DNA of 64,000 nt from positions 305-64,304 of the forward strand of contig JAHIVO010000061.1 of the NCBI GenBank assembly GCA_018816445.1. Direction: 5' to 3'. The position numbers and the translations under genes were made by a program. Below the pieces are notes generated by a model, which ran no database searches, was not told the origin of the DNA, and saw only the letters and a program-made list of their open reading frames with translations. Below are positions 53,592 through 63,995 of the stretch, piece by piece (positions within the stretch are counted from its first letter, which is position 1; every line of letters starts with the position of its first letter). This DNA is from Patescibacteria group bacterium (GTDB lineage: Bacteria > Patescibacteriota > Patescibacteriia > UBA10025 > JAHIVO01).

Positions 53592-54455
53592 ATGCCAACA
53601 AGTACATTAGGTAGGGGATTGGAATCGTTAATCCCGCAAAAACAAATAAGGGGTAATGTGGGTTCGGTTCCTGATGCATCAGCCAAGGATCAGATCAAAG
53701 AGATTGAGGTAGGTTTAATACAGCCCAATCCTCACCAGCCAAGAGAGGACTTTGACAGGGCATCCCTGGAAGATCTTATTAATTCCATTAAGGAGCACGG
53801 CATAATTCAGCCTTTGGTGGCCCAAAAGCATGAGGATGGGTACCAGCTGATAGCTGGGGAGCGCAGACTGAGGGCGGCTAAGGTTTTGAAAATGAAAAAA
53901 GTGCCGGTAGTAATCAGAAGCGCCACCGAGCAGCAAAAACTGGAATTAGCTCTGGTTGAAAATGTCCAGCGTCAGAATTTAAATGCTATTGAAAGGGCTT
54001 ATGGTTATCTGCAGTTAGTTGATGAGTTTAATATTACCCAGGAAGAAGTAGCAAAAAAAGTCGGCCAAAGCCGGGCAGCTGTGACTAATACCATTCGCTT
54101 GCTAACTTTGCCTATTGACATCCAGACTGCCATTAAGAGCAAAAAGATTACAGAAGGCCATGCCAAGGTACTGCTGGGTGTTAAATCCCAGGAAGAGCAG
54201 AACAAAATATTTAAGGATATTTTAAGAGACAATTTAAGCGTTCGCTCAGTTGAGTCAGCAGTAAAAAAAGTAGTTGTCAGAAAACATACTCGTAGCAGGA
54301 GTAAAGATCCTAATTTAGAAGCCAAAGAGCAGCAGCTGCAGGAAGCTTTGGGCACTAAAGTGGAGATAAGCAAAACAGGGCAGCAAGGGACTGTTAAAAT
54401 TCATTTTTATTCAGGGGAAGAATTATACGAAATTATTAAAAAAATAAGCAGATAA
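53592..54455 (+). CDS. parB: ParB
   Basis: GERRLRA ParB box and HTH. ATG at 53592 (MPTSTLGRGLESLIP). Confidence 0.85.
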   Translation: MPTSTLGRGLESLIPQKQIRGNVGSVPDASAKDQIKEIEVGLIQPNPHQPREDFDRASLEDLINSIKEHGIIQPLVAQKHEDGYQLIAGERRLRAAKVLKMKKVPVVIRSATEQQKLELALVENVQRQNLNAIERAYGYLQLVDEFNITQEEVAKKVGQSRAAVTNTIRLLTLPIDIQTAIKSKKITEGHAKVLLGVKSQEEQNKIFKDILRDNLSVRSVESAVKKVVVRKHTRSRSKDPNLEAKEQQLQEALGTKVEISKTGQQGTVKIHFYSGEELYEIIKKISR

Positions 54456-54457
54456 AT

Positions 54458-56671
54458 ATGTGGCGGAAATTTTTATTTAGAAAAAAAACATTTGAAGTGC
54501 CTGACCAAAAACAGGATTCTTTTATTAAGGTAGCGCGCTGGCTGATAATAGCTGTTGTCTTCCTGACGCCAATTTTTTTCCTGCCGATTAGTTCTGATCC
54601 TTTTGAATTGAATAAGGTTTTCTTGTTCAATATTATTATTTTGGTATCTGCCTTGTGCTACCTAATTTCTGAATTTAGAAAAAGAGAGGTTATGTTTTTT
54701 TCCGGGCCATGGCAATGGTGGATGGCAGGATATTGCTTTTTTTATTTATTATCGTTTTTTCTTTCTAAAAGCTATTACCAGAGTGCCGTTGGCGTGAGCG
54801 GTTATTTCAGTGCCAGTATAATCAGTGCGTTTTGTTTTGCTATATTTTTCTATTTAATAATTAAATTATTCCGTACGAGGCGAATAATTTATTATCTGCT
54901 AGGATCACTGCTGGCCTCTTCCTTTGTAATAATAATACTAAATTTATTTCAGCTATTTGAGGTTTATTTGCTGCCTTGGGACATGACCAAGAATGCAAAT
55001 TTTAACCTGCTGGCCAACTCATCAACTACCTTAGCGGTTTTTTGCGCGACGACTTTGTTTATCGGCTTTGGGCTGTTTCTATTTACTAAGATCCGCTGGC
55101 AAAAAATTGTTCTGGGAGTGTATCTGCTGGCGGCGCTGGCATTATTATTCTTTATTGACAAGGAAATCGCTTTTTATCCTTTAGCCCTTGTGTTATTTGC
55201 CTGGTTGATATTTATCAGCCTGAAAGCCAAACAATTTTCCAACTGGTGGGTTATTTTACCTACCTTAATTTTATTAATTGTGGTGGTTTTTATTTTTATT
55301 AATGGTTCAGCCTTGTTAAAGAATCCGGTCAGTGAAAGCATATTCCTGGATAATGAAACGTCTTTATCAATAACCTGGCAAAGCATACTGAAGTCGCCAT
55401 TATGGGGTTCTGGACCGCAGACCTTTAGTTATGATTTCGCAACTTATCGGCCGGTTGAATTCAATGATTCTGCATTTTGGAGCTTAAGGTTCATCAAAGC
55501 TTCCAATGAGTGGTTTACCCAAGCCGCTACCCTGGGTCTAGCTACCGGCCTGGCCATGCTCGGCTTGGTACTCTGGGTATTAGTAAAAAGTGTGAATAAG
55601 ATTGTCACTGCCAAAGGCGATGAGAAAGACTGGGTATTGGGCTTAATCATATTACTGGCCTGGTTCATGATTTTTGTAACTAGCTTAATGATGCCCTTTA
55701 ATTTTATTTTATTTTTATTGGATTGGCTGTTATTAGCATTAGCGGCCAGGATATTCGTTGTTAACCGCGATAAGATAAAAGTTTTCAAGCTAAATAAAAA
55801 CACGGCCGTGAGATTAGTTATTATGGGCGGCCTGGCTTTAATGTCAATAAGTATAGTCTTATTGTTTTTATTCGGCGGCCGGGTGTGGCTGGCTGATTAC
55901 TATACTCAGCAGGCGCAATCCGGCATTGCTGCCAAGCAGGAGTTTAAAGATATTGAAAAGAATTTAATCAGGTCTACGGAATTAAATCCATATGAGATTC
56001 AGCCCTATATTACCTTGGCTCAAGGGTATGCTACGCAGGCGCAACTAGCTGCCCTGGAAGGCGAAACACAAACCGTGCCTGCCCAGCAATATACCCAGCA
56101 GGCCTTAGACACATTAAAATCATTAAAAGAAAAACAACCTGACAATCCAATAATATATCGGCAGGAGGCTCTGTTGTATGAATCATTGCGTAGTTTAGTT
56201 GGTAATGTGGATGAATTAGCAGAAAAAGCTTATACCAGGATTGTTGAGCTGGAGCCGAATGACGCCCTGGCACGTTTTAACTTGGGGCGCACTAGGCTGT
56301 TTTACGGCCAGACGCTGTTAGCCAGTAATCCGGAACTGGCACAGGAAATATTAATTAAGGCAATAAGCGATTTCCGGCAAGCTGCTGAATTAAAGACAGA
56401 TTACCACGCCGCCTTGTTGAATACGGGATATGCGTATGAAGCTTTGGGCGACCCGCAGGCCGCCCTGACTAATTACACCACACTGGCACCTGATGAATCA
56501 GTAGATTCAGAAATCAGGGCAGAAGCGTACTGGCGGCAGGGCAATATTTATGAAGCACTGGAGCAAACGGATTTAGCTATTAGTGCTTATGAGGCTATAT
56601 TGTTATTAAGTCCTGAAAATCAGGTAGTTAATGAAAAATTAAATCAGCTGCGGGTTCCGGCAGAAGAATAA
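54458..56671 (+). CDS. O-antigen ligase (Wzy_C)-family membrane protein with C-terminal TPR repeats
   Basis: Polytopic N-terminal domain with a large periplasmic loop. The C-terminal ~250 aa carry TPR-like repeats. Confidence 0.55.
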   Translation: MWRKFLFRKKTFEVPDQKQDSFIKVARWLIIAVVFLTPIFFLPISSDPFELNKVFLFNIIILVSALCYLISEFRKREVMFFSGPWQWWMAGYCFFYLLSFFLSKSYYQSAVGVSGYFSASIISAFCFAIFFYLIIKLFRTRRIIYYLLGSLLASSFVIIILNLFQLFEVYLLPWDMTKNANFNLLANSSTTLAVFCATTLFIGFGLFLFTKIRWQKIVLGVYLLAALALLFFIDKEIAFYPLALVLFAWLIFISLKAKQFSNWWVILPTLILLIVVVFIFINGSALLKNPVSESIFLDNETSLSITWQSILKSPLWGSGPQTFSYDFATYRPVEFNDSAFWSLRFIKASNEWFTQAATLGLATGLAMLGLVLWVLVKSVNKIVTAKGDEKDWVLGLIILLAWFMIFVTSLMMPFNFILFLLDWLLLALAARIFVVNRDKIKVFKLNKNTAVRLVIMGGLALMSISIVLLFLFGGRVWLADYYTQQAQSGIAAKQEFKDIEKNLIRSTELNPYEIQPYITLAQGYATQAQLAALEGETQTVPAQQYTQQALDTLKSLKEKQPDNPIIYRQEALLYESLRSLVGNVDELAEKAYTRIVELEPNDALARFNLGRTRLFYGQTLLASNPELAQEILIKAISDFRQAAELKTDYHAALLNTGYAYEALGDPQAALTNYTTLAPDESVDSEIRAEAYWRQGNIYEALEQTDLAISAYEAILLLSPENQVVNEKLNQLRVPAEE

Positions 56672-56959
56672 TAAAGTAAATAATAAATATTGGGGAATAC
56701 CTATATTTAGCTTATTTTTGTTGATTAATTTGACAATTATTTAAATATGTGTCATTAATAAGGCATGTACATTGAGAAGAGATATTTTTTCGTTTTTACC
56801 TATTAGCAGGTAATTCTTATCACATTTATACTATTTTACGAAAGGAGGGAGTATTTTTCGTTTACGCATAATTATGTGATAAGTATCTTTGAGTATGCAT
56901 TTGGTAAAATGCGAAAAGTGTCGACATGGAGTTAACCTTTTCTAGAAGAGGAGTACAGT

Positions 56960-57580
56960 ATGTCAAAGAAGTTGTTTTTCTTCGCTGTATTCATTCTCGC
57001 TCTTGCAGTTCTGACAAGCACAGCGTGTTCGTACTCATTGATGGGGCATTCGAGCGCCATCAACCCGAACGGTGAGCAGCAGATCACGAGCGAGAAGGCG
57101 ATTCTGGCAAATTTGCATAACCCGATGACCCAGAACTATCCGAATCCGTTTAACTATGCTGATGGTATTAACTCGGCGTGGATGATCAACGTCCAAAACT
57201 TGCCTTCCGCGAGTATCGAGAACAATGCCAATGTGACGGACGAGGAGAATACCCCCACGTATCCTGATAGGGAAATGTGGGGTGGCGATACCGGTTTACG
57301 GCGTTCGAGTGAGGTTTCGATGCCCAATAAAGCGATGATCGCCGACGATTCCGAGGATAACTCGCTGGCCAAGCTAGCACCATTTGCGACGCCAGTTGGT
57401 ATCTACAACGTTTCTGGGAATTCAATGTTTGACGGCTCCGGTAGTGGACCGATGGCAGTAGTTGACGAAGAGAATAGTCGCGGCGACCCACACTCTGTTT
57501 TACAGTGTGAGAATCCGAATATTATGGCCACCGGTATCGCGAATCTGACTACGACGACGGCCAGCACCTGCCACGCTTGA
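56960..57580 (+). CDS. Hypothetical secreted protein / lipoprotein, GC-rich
   Basis: Signal peptide with LTSTAC lipobox-like cysteine. GC content far above the surrounding sequence. Confidence 0.45.
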   Translation: MSKKLFFFAVFILALAVLTSTACSYSLMGHSSAINPNGEQQITSEKAILANLHNPMTQNYPNPFNYADGINSAWMINVQNLPSASIENNANVTDEENTPTYPDREMWGGDTGLRRSSEVSMPNKAMIADDSEDNSLAKLAPFATPVGIYNVSGNSMFDGSGSGPMAVVDEENSRGDPHSVLQCENPNIMATGIANLTTTTASTCHA

Positions 57581-57607
57581 CGGGAAATGGTCGTGAATTC
57601 TACAAGC

Positions 57608-57641
57608 CCCTGCTGTTTTACAGCTGGGGCTTTTTTTAATA
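57608..57641 (+). terminator. Rho-independent terminator (AGCCCC...GGGGCT + T7)
   Basis: Read directly. Confidence 0.55.
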
Positions 57642-57737
57642 CAGACAAGCTCACCCGCGGAGAGGTGAGCTTGGGGTTTGGAAGTTGGATCCGCACGCTG
57701 GAGAGCGTTTATTCCGCACCCTAGAAAGGGTGCGGTG
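57641..57737. repeat. Hairpin pair A (GCACGCTGGAGAGCGT + TTATTCCGCACCCTAGAAAGGGTGCGG)
   Basis: The same two hairpin motifs recur in permuted order at 60701-60755. Confidence 0.45.
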
Positions 57738-60164
57738 TTAGTGTTCTTCTATGTAGTGGTTAATAAGCCCGCGGCTGTTGCCTAGGGCATCAAGTAATTC
57801 CTGTTCTTGTTCTTCGGTAAAGCTATAATATGGTTTTAGAATTTCTGATTGGTTGGCAAACAGCATAGCCAGATTTTCAATAGGATTAAACTTGGCATAA
57901 TATTCCAGATCAGAAAATTCCAAAATAGGATGGTCATCTGTATGCAGATCTTTACCATAAACCAGATCACCAACATCTTCTTCTCCTAACAGCAGGGTAG
58001 CACTTAGGTCATAAGCATTATTTATGGCAATGCTCTGTAGGTCGGTAGCCACAGGTTCTATTTTAGCAGCCAGTGTATTGATATCAATAACCAATTTTTC
58101 TGGAGTACCGATAAATACCAAGAAGCCAGTTGGTTCTGGGTAATAATACCAAATAGTAGTATGCGGGAAAATTGATTTAAAGCTGGCAATCAATATGGTT
58201 AGGTCATCAGGGGAAATACCGCCTAAAGGCGCCCAGGCAGCAGCTACGCCACGGGGAGTTAACTGGTCTTTCATTATCTGGAAATAGTCAGTGGTGTATA
58301 AATACGGATTATTTTTATACTTCAGGTTAGTAACATCAGTAACAATAGTATCAAATTTCTGATCAGTATTTTTTAAATAATTTCGCGCATCATCAATAAC
58401 TATGTCAACGTTAGATTTTGTATCAGCGCGGTGATTAACATCGCTAAATTGGTCTTTTGCTGCTTCGACAACTTGCTGTTCAATTTCCAAAGCGGTTACT
58501 TGTGCATCATAAAGTGACATACTATAAGTAGTAATGCCAGAACCATAGCCGATGGTGGAAATTTGTTCTGGGCTATCAGTTAATAAAACAGGCAGATGAG
58601 CAAGAATTTTAGCATCAATTATTCCGGTTAAATAAGTACCAGCCACGGTCTGACTGTCTACATTAAGGTATTTATTTTGTGAGTCACCAATTGTTTCACC
58701 ATGTACAGTGATGGTGGCTGATAGCCCTTCCGCATAAAACAATTGTTCGTTATCAGCCGGCGAGCGGTAAAAAGTCGGGCCGGTAAAAAATATTATCAAA
58801 ATAGTGATTACAATTGAAGTAATTGAAAAAGTTATCAACTTTTTATTATTTCGTAATTTTATTAAAAAATAAATACCGATCAGCAGGCACATGGCAATTA
58901 GTATGATGGCTGTGTTTTTAATACCCGCGAAAGGTATCAAGACAAATCCGGCTGCCAAACTGCCCGCTATCATACCCAGGGAGTTGATAAAATATGCCCG
59001 GCCGGTTTTTTTCCCGATTAGGTTTTTATTGCCGGCATAAAGGCGGACACCCAGCGGAAAAAAGGTACCCAGTACAATGGCAATTATAAATGACAAACCA
59101 AAGCCGATCCATGATTCTGAAAGAAGTACGAAATAACTGCCAAACTGGTCTGATAATATACTCTGTAAACGACTAAAAATAAAAAGTATGATAGCGCTAA
59201 GCAATCCAGCCATGACAGCATATACAGAAAAATGCCAGGTCATGTTTTTCATTCGGTCAATTACCCTGGAAATATAAATACTGCCTATGACAAAGCCAAT
59301 TAAAAAACCGCCCAGTATTAAAGTAGAAGCTAGGGTTGTGCCTGAACCGAAATTTGTCAGTACCCTAATCCACAGCACTTCCAGGCCAAGGGTTATAAAC
59401 CCGGTTAAAAAAAGTATCGGCAGCATACATTTATTTGGTTTAAAATTTTTTTCATCAGCACTATCTATAATTTCGTGTTGGTCAATGTCATTTGGCCGGA
59501 TATTTTTCTTTGCTAACAGTACAATTATGGCAAAAATCATCAGATTAATGATTACCGCTGTGGCAAAGGTTATGATTGTGCCAAAAAACCTGACCAGCAG
59601 TAAGCCGGTTAACATAGCACCACAGAAAGCGCCTAGAGTGTTCAGATAGTATATAACGCTGAATTGGGAGCCCAGTTTTTTATTGCTCTTCACCAGACAT
59701 TTTGTAACTACGGGGACAGTGCCGCCCATAGCAATAGTTGGGGCTATTAGTATAACTGCAGCTATTACCAGTCTAATGATTGACTGCCCATAAAAACCAA
59801 ATTGGTTATAGCTGGTTGACATGATTTGGTCAAAAAACGAGGTATACTGCAGGATAATAAATATTGAGGCTGATAATAAGCCAATACTAAGTTCTAGCCA
59901 GGCGTAGAGTTTAAGAATGTTTTTTGTTTTTTCTGATTTTTTGCCAAAAAATATACTGCCCAAACCTAAGCCAAGCAAGAAAATTGCAAAGACCGTGGCT
60001 ACAGCACAACTACTGACCCCGAAAGTAAGGTTCAATAGGCGGATCCAGACAAGCTCATAGATCAGGGCGGCTAAGCCTGAAAAAAAGATTAAGGCATACA
60101 ATAAATTACGGCTGGCGAGCCAGCCAGCAGTGTTTATTTTTTGTTCGTTTTGTATTTTTTCCAT
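57738..60164 (-). CDS. Fused MFS-like transporter / spermidine-synthase-like (aminopropyltransferase fold) membrane protein
   Basis: About 12 TM helices, then IGYGSGITTYSM...ALEIE...DIVIDDARNYL...DTIVTDVTN (SAM-binding fold). Confidence 0.55.
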   Translation of the reverse strand: MEKIQNEQKINTAGWLASRNLLYALIFFSGLAALIYELVWIRLLNLTFGVSSCAVATVFAIFLLGLGLGSIFFGKKSEKTKNILKLYAWLELSIGLLSASIFIILQYTSFFDQIMSTSYNQFGFYGQSIIRLVIAAVILIAPTIAMGGTVPVVTKCLVKSNKKLGSQFSVIYYLNTLGAFCGAMLTGLLLVRFFGTIITFATAVIINLMIFAIIVLLAKKNIRPNDIDQHEIIDSADEKNFKPNKCMLPILFLTGFITLGLEVLWIRVLTNFGSGTTLASTLILGGFLIGFVIGSIYISRVIDRMKNMTWHFSVYAVMAGLLSAIILFIFSRLQSILSDQFGSYFVLLSESWIGFGLSFIIAIVLGTFFPLGVRLYAGNKNLIGKKTGRAYFINSLGMIAGSLAAGFVLIPFAGIKNTAIILIAMCLLIGIYFLIKLRNNKKLITFSITSIVITILIIFFTGPTFYRSPADNEQLFYAEGLSATITVHGETIGDSQNKYLNVDSQTVAGTYLTGIIDAKILAHLPVLLTDSPEQISTIGYGSGITTYSMSLYDAQVTALEIEQQVVEAAKDQFSDVNHRADTKSNVDIVIDDARNYLKNTDQKFDTIVTDVTNLKYKNNPYLYTTDYFQIMKDQLTPRGVAAAWAPLGGISPDDLTILIASFKSIFPHTTIWYYYPEPTGFLVFIGTPEKLVIDINTLAAKIEPVATDLQSIAINNAYDLSATLLLGEEDVGDLVYGKDLHTDDHPILEFSDLEYYAKFNPIENLAMLFANQSEILKPYYSFTEEQEQELLDALGNSRGLINHYIEEH

Positions 60165-60187
60165 TAACTGTATTATATAGGCTGAAG

Positions 60188-60700
60188 CTATTTTTCGCCA
60201 GCCTGGGAAAATTTACATGCCTTATTTGAGCAGCGAATTTTATTGTTGGCAGTAATGGTTAAAAGCGAATTACAGTCAGAGCACTTTTCTCCGGTAGGTT
60301 TTTGCCATAGTGCAAATTTGCACTCAGGATATTTATTGCATGAATAGAAAATCCGGCCCTGACGAGAACGCTTGGCTACTATGTCGCCCTGCTTGCATTT
60401 CGGACAGGCAACGCCGGTTGATTGTTCAATATTCTTGATATTCCTGCAGTCAGGATAACCACTGCAGGCGATAAAAGGGCCATAACGGCCGTTTTTTTCA
60501 ACCATTGCTGAGCCGCATTTTTCACATTTTTCATTAGTAGGTTTTACTGCTGGAGGTTTATTGAAGTTTCCGTTGTCATTTAGGGGTTTAGTCGTTTTAC
60601 AATCCGGATAACCAGAGCAAGCAAAAAACTGGCCAAAACGACCTTCCTTGATGTTCATGGTGGAGCCGCATTTGGGGCAAATTTCGTTGTTTTCAGTCAT
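60188..60700 (-). CDS. Stand-alone topoisomerase-I-type zinc-ribbon protein (YrdD-like)
   Basis: Four repeats of CPKCG...GRFGxFxxCSGYPDC. Confidence 0.65.
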   Translation of the reverse strand: MTENNEICPKCGSTMNIKEGRFGQFFACSGYPDCKTTKPLNDNGNFNKPPAVKPTNEKCEKCGSAMVEKNGRYGPFIACSGYPDCRNIKNIEQSTGVACPKCKQGDIVAKRSRQGRIFYSCNKYPECKFALWQKPTGEKCSDCNSLLTITANNKIRCSNKACKFSQAGEK

Positions 60701-60755
60701 ATGCTTTTATTCCACATCCTAGAAAGGATGCTTTTCGCATGCTGGAGAGCATGCG
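60701..60755. repeat. Hairpin pair B (TTATTCCACATCCTAGAAAGGATGC + GCATGCTGGAGAGCATGC)
   Basis: Lies between the topA stop and the Zn-ribbon gene start. Confidence 0.45.
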
Positions 60756-62957
60756 TTACTTTAGTTTATGCGGATTATGGTTAGGGCAGGTTTTATCACT
60801 GCATCTTTCAGGAATGGTTTTGGTACCTTCCATCATCAGGGCGCCACAAGTTCCACTCTCCCTGACGTAGTCGCAATTTTTTCCAGTCGGTTTAGCTTTA
60901 ATCGCGTATTTGCATTTTGGATATTCAGAGCAGCTGTAAAACAGTCCAAAACGACCCCGGCGTTCAACCAGTTCTCCTTTTTTGCATTCTGTACATTTAA
61001 TGCCGGTTGAATTTTGATTATTTTCGCTATTTTTTATATGTTTGCATTTCGGATAATTTGAACACGAAATAAATTTTCCAAACCGCCCTTCCCTTTCTAC
61101 TAATTTTCCATCTTTGCAATCCGGGCACTTTTCTCCAGTTTCTTTCGGTCCTTCCAATTCTATACCCTCAATAGTCCTGGCGCCGACACAGTCGGGGAAC
61201 TTAGCGCAACTTAGAAATTTTCCAGAACGTCCTAGTTTGATAACCATTTTTAATCCGCATTTAGGGCATTTGATGTTTTTATCAGCCTCGCCAAGAGTAG
61301 TAATTTTTTTAATATTTTCTTTGTCTTTTACGTCTTTGGAAAAAGGGCCATAAAAATCTTTTAGGGTTTTTAAATATTCCCTCTTACCGTTGGCGATTTC
61401 ATCAAGCTCATCTTCCAATTCGGCTGTAAAGGAATCGCTGATATACTTAGCAAAATTATTTTCCAGGAATTCGCTGACTACTTCACCCGTGTCAGTCGGA
61501 TGCAGTGACCTGTTTTCTCGTTCAACATAACCTCGATCAACAATAGTCTTGATAATTGCAGCGTAAGTACTGGGTCGCCCAATACCTCGTTTTTCAAGTT
61601 CTTTAACTAGTCCAGCCTCAGAATAACGCGGTAAAGGCTGGGTTTGCTTTTCTTCAGAATTAATATCAATAAGAGTTAAGGGATCTTTGGCAGCAACTTT
61701 TGGCAGATCCACTTCTTTATTACGCGCGGCGGGATCAGCCAGCAGCCAGCCGGGGTAGGTAATTCGTGAACCATTAACAGAGAAGTCCGGAATTTTTTGC
61801 TTATTGATGGTGGCGATAATTTTAGTTTTTTTCAGTTGTGCATCAGCCATTTGCGAAGCCAGGGTCCTTTGCCTGATTAATGTATAAAGCCTTTTTTGTT
61901 CATCATTGTGGCCGGCAATTTGCTTGTATAGTTTAGTTGGCCGAATAGCTTCGTGAGCTTCTTGTGCGTTTTTGGAAGTGGTTTTGTAATTCTTAAGTTG
62001 CAGGTGCTCCTGGCCGTATTCTTTATTAATTACTGATGCTATTTGTGGAATTATTTCTTTACTAATATTAACACTATCCGTCCTCATATAAGTAATGTGT
62101 CCGGCTTCATATAGCCGCTGGGCAGTACGCATGGTGCGTGATGGCGCATAACCCAGGCGTGAACTGGCAGTCTGCTGCAGGGTTGAGGTGGTGAAAGGAG
62201 CTCGCGGCACGCGGGTCATTTTTGATTCTTTAACCTCAGCTACCTGCCATGGTTCCTTTTTCCCGGCTTGCAGTATTCCTTCAACGGTTTTTTTATCTTT
62301 CGGCTCTTTGTGGCAGGTGAATTTGATTTTATCTCCGGCTTTTGTTTTCAGGTCAGCGGTTATTGACCAATAGGTGACAGGTTTAAAAGCTTTAATTTCC
62401 CGTTCCCTTTCTACTAAGATTCTTAGGGCAGGTGACTGTACGCGGCCGGCTGATAAGCCGTACCTTACTTTTTTCCAGATTAGCCCGCTTAAATCATAAC
62501 CAACCAGCCGATCAAGCACGCGGCGTGCTTCCTGAGCCTTTCTGAGCGATTGGTCAATCAGCCGCGGATTTTTTATGGCCTCTTCAATGGCTGATTTAGT
62601 GATTTCATGAAAGACCACCCTTTTAATATCATATTGCTTGGGATTATCACCATTTTTTAAGATTTCTGCTATATGCCAGGCAATAGCTTCTCCTTCCCGG
62701 TCAGGGTCAGTAGCCAGGTAGATTTGATCTGCTTTGGTTGCTAGTTTTTTCAGTTCCTGGACAATTTTTTCTTTGCCTTTGGAAATTTCATAATGCGGGA
62801 CAAAACCCGCTTTAATGTCAATTGCTTTTTTATTGCTCTTCGGCAGATCTCGGATATGGCCTACGCTGGCTTTAACATCAAAAGGCAGACTGCTTAAGTA
62901 TTTAGAAACAGTTCTTGCTTTGGTGGGGGATTCAACTATAATTAAATTTTTCGCCAT
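60756..62957 (-). CDS. topA: DNA topoisomerase I
   Basis: TOPRIM (IVESPTKA), active-site region, three C-terminal Zn ribbons. Confidence 0.9.
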   Translation of the reverse strand: MAKNLIIVESPTKARTVSKYLSSLPFDVKASVGHIRDLPKSNKKAIDIKAGFVPHYEISKGKEKIVQELKKLATKADQIYLATDPDREGEAIAWHIAEILKNGDNPKQYDIKRVVFHEITKSAIEEAIKNPRLIDQSLRKAQEARRVLDRLVGYDLSGLIWKKVRYGLSAGRVQSPALRILVEREREIKAFKPVTYWSITADLKTKAGDKIKFTCHKEPKDKKTVEGILQAGKKEPWQVAEVKESKMTRVPRAPFTTSTLQQTASSRLGYAPSRTMRTAQRLYEAGHITYMRTDSVNISKEIIPQIASVINKEYGQEHLQLKNYKTTSKNAQEAHEAIRPTKLYKQIAGHNDEQKRLYTLIRQRTLASQMADAQLKKTKIIATINKQKIPDFSVNGSRITYPGWLLADPAARNKEVDLPKVAAKDPLTLIDINSEEKQTQPLPRYSEAGLVKELEKRGIGRPSTYAAIIKTIVDRGYVERENRSLHPTDTGEVVSEFLENNFAKYISDSFTAELEDELDEIANGKREYLKTLKDFYGPFSKDVKDKENIKKITTLGEADKNIKCPKCGLKMVIKLGRSGKFLSCAKFPDCVGARTIEGIELEGPKETGEKCPDCKDGKLVEREGRFGKFISCSNYPKCKHIKNSENNQNSTGIKCTECKKGELVERRGRFGLFYSCSEYPKCKYAIKAKPTGKNCDYVRESGTCGALMMEGTKTIPERCSDKTCPNHNPHKLK

Positions 62958-62975
62958 GAAATTAAGTTATTAATA

Positions 62976-63995
62976 CTAGTCTGAGAGAACGTAGTACGCT
63001 CCTCCTAAGTTTCTTACAAATCCTTTCATTTCCAGCATGGTCAGGCAGGAATTTACGATACTGCTTTTTAGTTTACTACTCTTAATTATTTCGTCAATAT
63101 GCAGGGCTTCAGATGATAAATATTCCAAAATTATTTTTTCTTCCTGAGAAGCAGGAATAATTTTTTTATTAGTTTTAAATTGCTGTGCCTGCTCAATGTT
63201 AAGCGCCTGTAAAATATCATTAGCACTAGTCACAACTGAAGCGCCCATTTTTATCAATTTGTTAGGGCCGCGGGAAGACTGGCTGAAAATGTTGCCCGGT
63301 ACGGCAAAAACCTCGCGATTCTGTTCCAGGGCGAAGTTTGCCGTGATAAGCGAACCCGAATCCTGGCCGCCTTCAATTACTAGGACGCCTTTTGACAGGC
63401 CGGAAATAATCCTGTTTCTGGCTGGAAAATGGTATTTTAGCGGCTGGGTGCCAGGAGGGTACTCAGAGATTAAAGCGCCTTTCTCCCTGAGAATTTTTTC
63501 AGATAATTGGCGGTTAGTAGCTGGATAAATGATATCCAGGCCGCAGCCCAATACTGCTATTGTTATACCGCCCGCTTCAAGTGCTGCCTGGTGAGCCAGG
63601 GCGTCAATTCCCAGGGCTAGCCCAGAGATGATTGTTAGTCCAGCCTTGCTTAGTTCTGATGTAATCTCTAAAACCGCTTGGCGGCCGTAGCTGCTTGTTT
63701 TTCTTGTACCTACCACGGCCAGAGAATATTCTGAATCTACAGGCCATTGTCCTTTAACATATAAAAGAGCGGGTGGTAAGTGGATTTGCTTTAACAGATG
63801 CGGATAATTTGCATGTTTTATAGTAATAACTTGAATATTATTTTCTGTCAAATCTTCCCAAAGCTTATCAGGATTAATACCTCCCCTTTTAGTAAATATT
63901 GTTTCAGCATCTTTATTTGTTAATCCCGCAGCATGCAATTCTGAATAACTGGCTCGCCAGGCGTTTTTCATGCTGGAAAAATGATTGTAAAGCAT
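62976..63995 (-). CDS. dprA: DNA processing protein DprA
   Basis: Rossmann-fold motif GLALGIDALAHQAALEAGGITIAVLGCGLD. Confidence 0.85.
   Translation of the reverse strand: MLYNHFSSMKNAWRASYSELHAAGLTNKDAETIFTKRGGINPDKLWEDLTENNIQVITIKHANYPHLLKQIHLPPALLYVKGQWPVDSEYSLAVVGTRKTSSYGRQAVLEITSELSKAGLTIISGLALGIDALAHQAALEAGGITIAVLGCGLDIIYPATNRQLSEKILREKGALISEYPPGTQPLKYHFPARNRIISGLSKGVLVIEGGQDSGSLITANFALEQNREVFAVPGNIFSQSSRGPNKLIKMGASVVTSANDILQALNIEQAQQFKTNKKIIPASQEEKIILEYLSSEALHIDEIIKSSKLKSSIVNSCLTMLEMKGFVRNLGGAYYVLSD

Noticed and set aside
56805-56885. Inverted repeat TTATCACAT...ATGTGATAA upstream of the GC-rich secreted-protein gene, as a Fur/DtxR box
   Set aside because: It is only 9 bp per arm with ~50 bp spacing. 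It does not fit the Fur (GATAATGATAATCATTATC) or DtxR consensus. Noted but not called.
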